Source: Candidatus Electrothrix laxa (lineage in GTDB: Bacteria > Desulfobacterota > Desulfobulbia > Desulfobulbales > Desulfobulbaceae). From it: a DNA stretch of 24,000 nt. The stretch spans positions 1,510,637 to 1,534,636 of the forward strand of contig OW818652.1 of NCBI GenBank assembly GCA_942492895.1, in the 5' to 3' direction. Each line of letters begins with the position of its first letter. The first letter of the stretch is position 1. This document shows positions 23,701-24,000 of this stretch, in pieces. Under the pieces are notes generated by a model. That model searched no databases. It was not told where the DNA came from and worked only from the letters and a program-made list of their open reading frames with translations. A program made the position numbers and the translations under genes.

Positions 23701-24000
23701 AGAAATCCGTATGGATCTTCGGTGGCGACGGCTGGGCCTATGACATCGGCTACGGCGGTCTGGATCATGTCCTGGCTTCCGGCGAGAACGTCAATGTGAT
23801 GGTAATGGACACTGAGGTCTACTCCAACACCGGTGGTCAGATGTCCAAGTCCACCCCGCGTGCCGCAGTGGCGCAGTTCGCAGCTGGCGGAAAGAAAATG
23901 CCCAAGAAAGATATGGGTATGATCTTCTCCACCTACGGCAACGTCTACGTAGCCAAGGTTTCTCTGGGTGCCAATCCACAGCAGCTGGTCAAGGCCATCA
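20781..24000 (+). CDS. nifJ: Pyruvate:ferredoxin (flavodoxin) oxidoreductase, 5' partial (continues beyond the window)
   Basis: Absent from the ORF track because there is no stop before the window end. AAGGGAG lies upstream of the ATG at 20781. N-terminus [37 protein letters not shown]. Ferredoxin-domain cysteines [15 protein letters not shown] and [12 protein letters not shown], the [13 protein letters not shown] motif, and the TPP-region [16 protein letters not shown]. All - strand ORFs across this span are antisense artefacts. Confidence 0.95.
   Translation, partial: [1073 protein letters not shown]

Noticed and set aside
21158-23979. Eight - strand ORFs of 62-164 aa (21158..21424, 21569..21853, 21576..21998, 22173..22667, 22671..22895, 22862..23299, 23511..23768, 23791..23979)
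   Set aside because: All lie antisense to the unambiguous PFOR reading frame, which carries strong family motifs throughout. Their sequences are low-complexity, Arg/Gly/Ala/Ser-rich mirror products typical of antisense frames.

Overview
This window holds 24 supportable protein-coding genes and no rRNA, tRNA or CRISPR array. It looks like chromosomal DNA from an anaerobe; PFOR, a small 2x[4Fe-4S] ferredoxin and a sigma-54 enhancer-binding regulator suggest a Desulfobacterota-like organism, but that is inference only. Left to right: an orphan 351-aa hypothetical (-); a DUF1538/DUF1538/PII-like/CBS operon; a secreted lipoprotein-like protein (-); livM; a five-gene accessory block; livG; miaB; a HAD-IB hydrolase; an orphan NtrC-type response regulator; a small membrane protein (-); a secreted 36-cysteine tandem-repeat protein with a beta-rich C-terminal domain; a ferredoxin (-); a Ni/Co ECF-type uptake cluster (CbiM/NikM, NikL-like, DUF4198/NikK-like, CbiQ) with no N or O component in the window; and the first ~1073 codons of pyruvate:ferredoxin oxidoreductase, running off the right edge. 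The accessory block is wedged exactly between livM and livG and contains a PD-(D/E)XK-like protein, an A+T-rich HslV/proteasome-beta-like protein, a PIN-like toxin with a small partner, and an Rpn-type PD-(D/E)XK nuclease. Three leads stand out. (1) The stand-alone HslV-like Ntn-hydrolase fusion has Thr1/Asp17/Lys/GSG spacing and sits among nuclease and toxin genes. (2) The 87/84-nt periodic Cys-rich repeat protein is preceded by a candidate sigma-54 promoter and lies near the Ni/Co importer. (3) A C10-TCT-G11 homopolymer hairpin sits inside the Ni/Co cluster. All family assignments rest on motifs read by eye; no database search was run.
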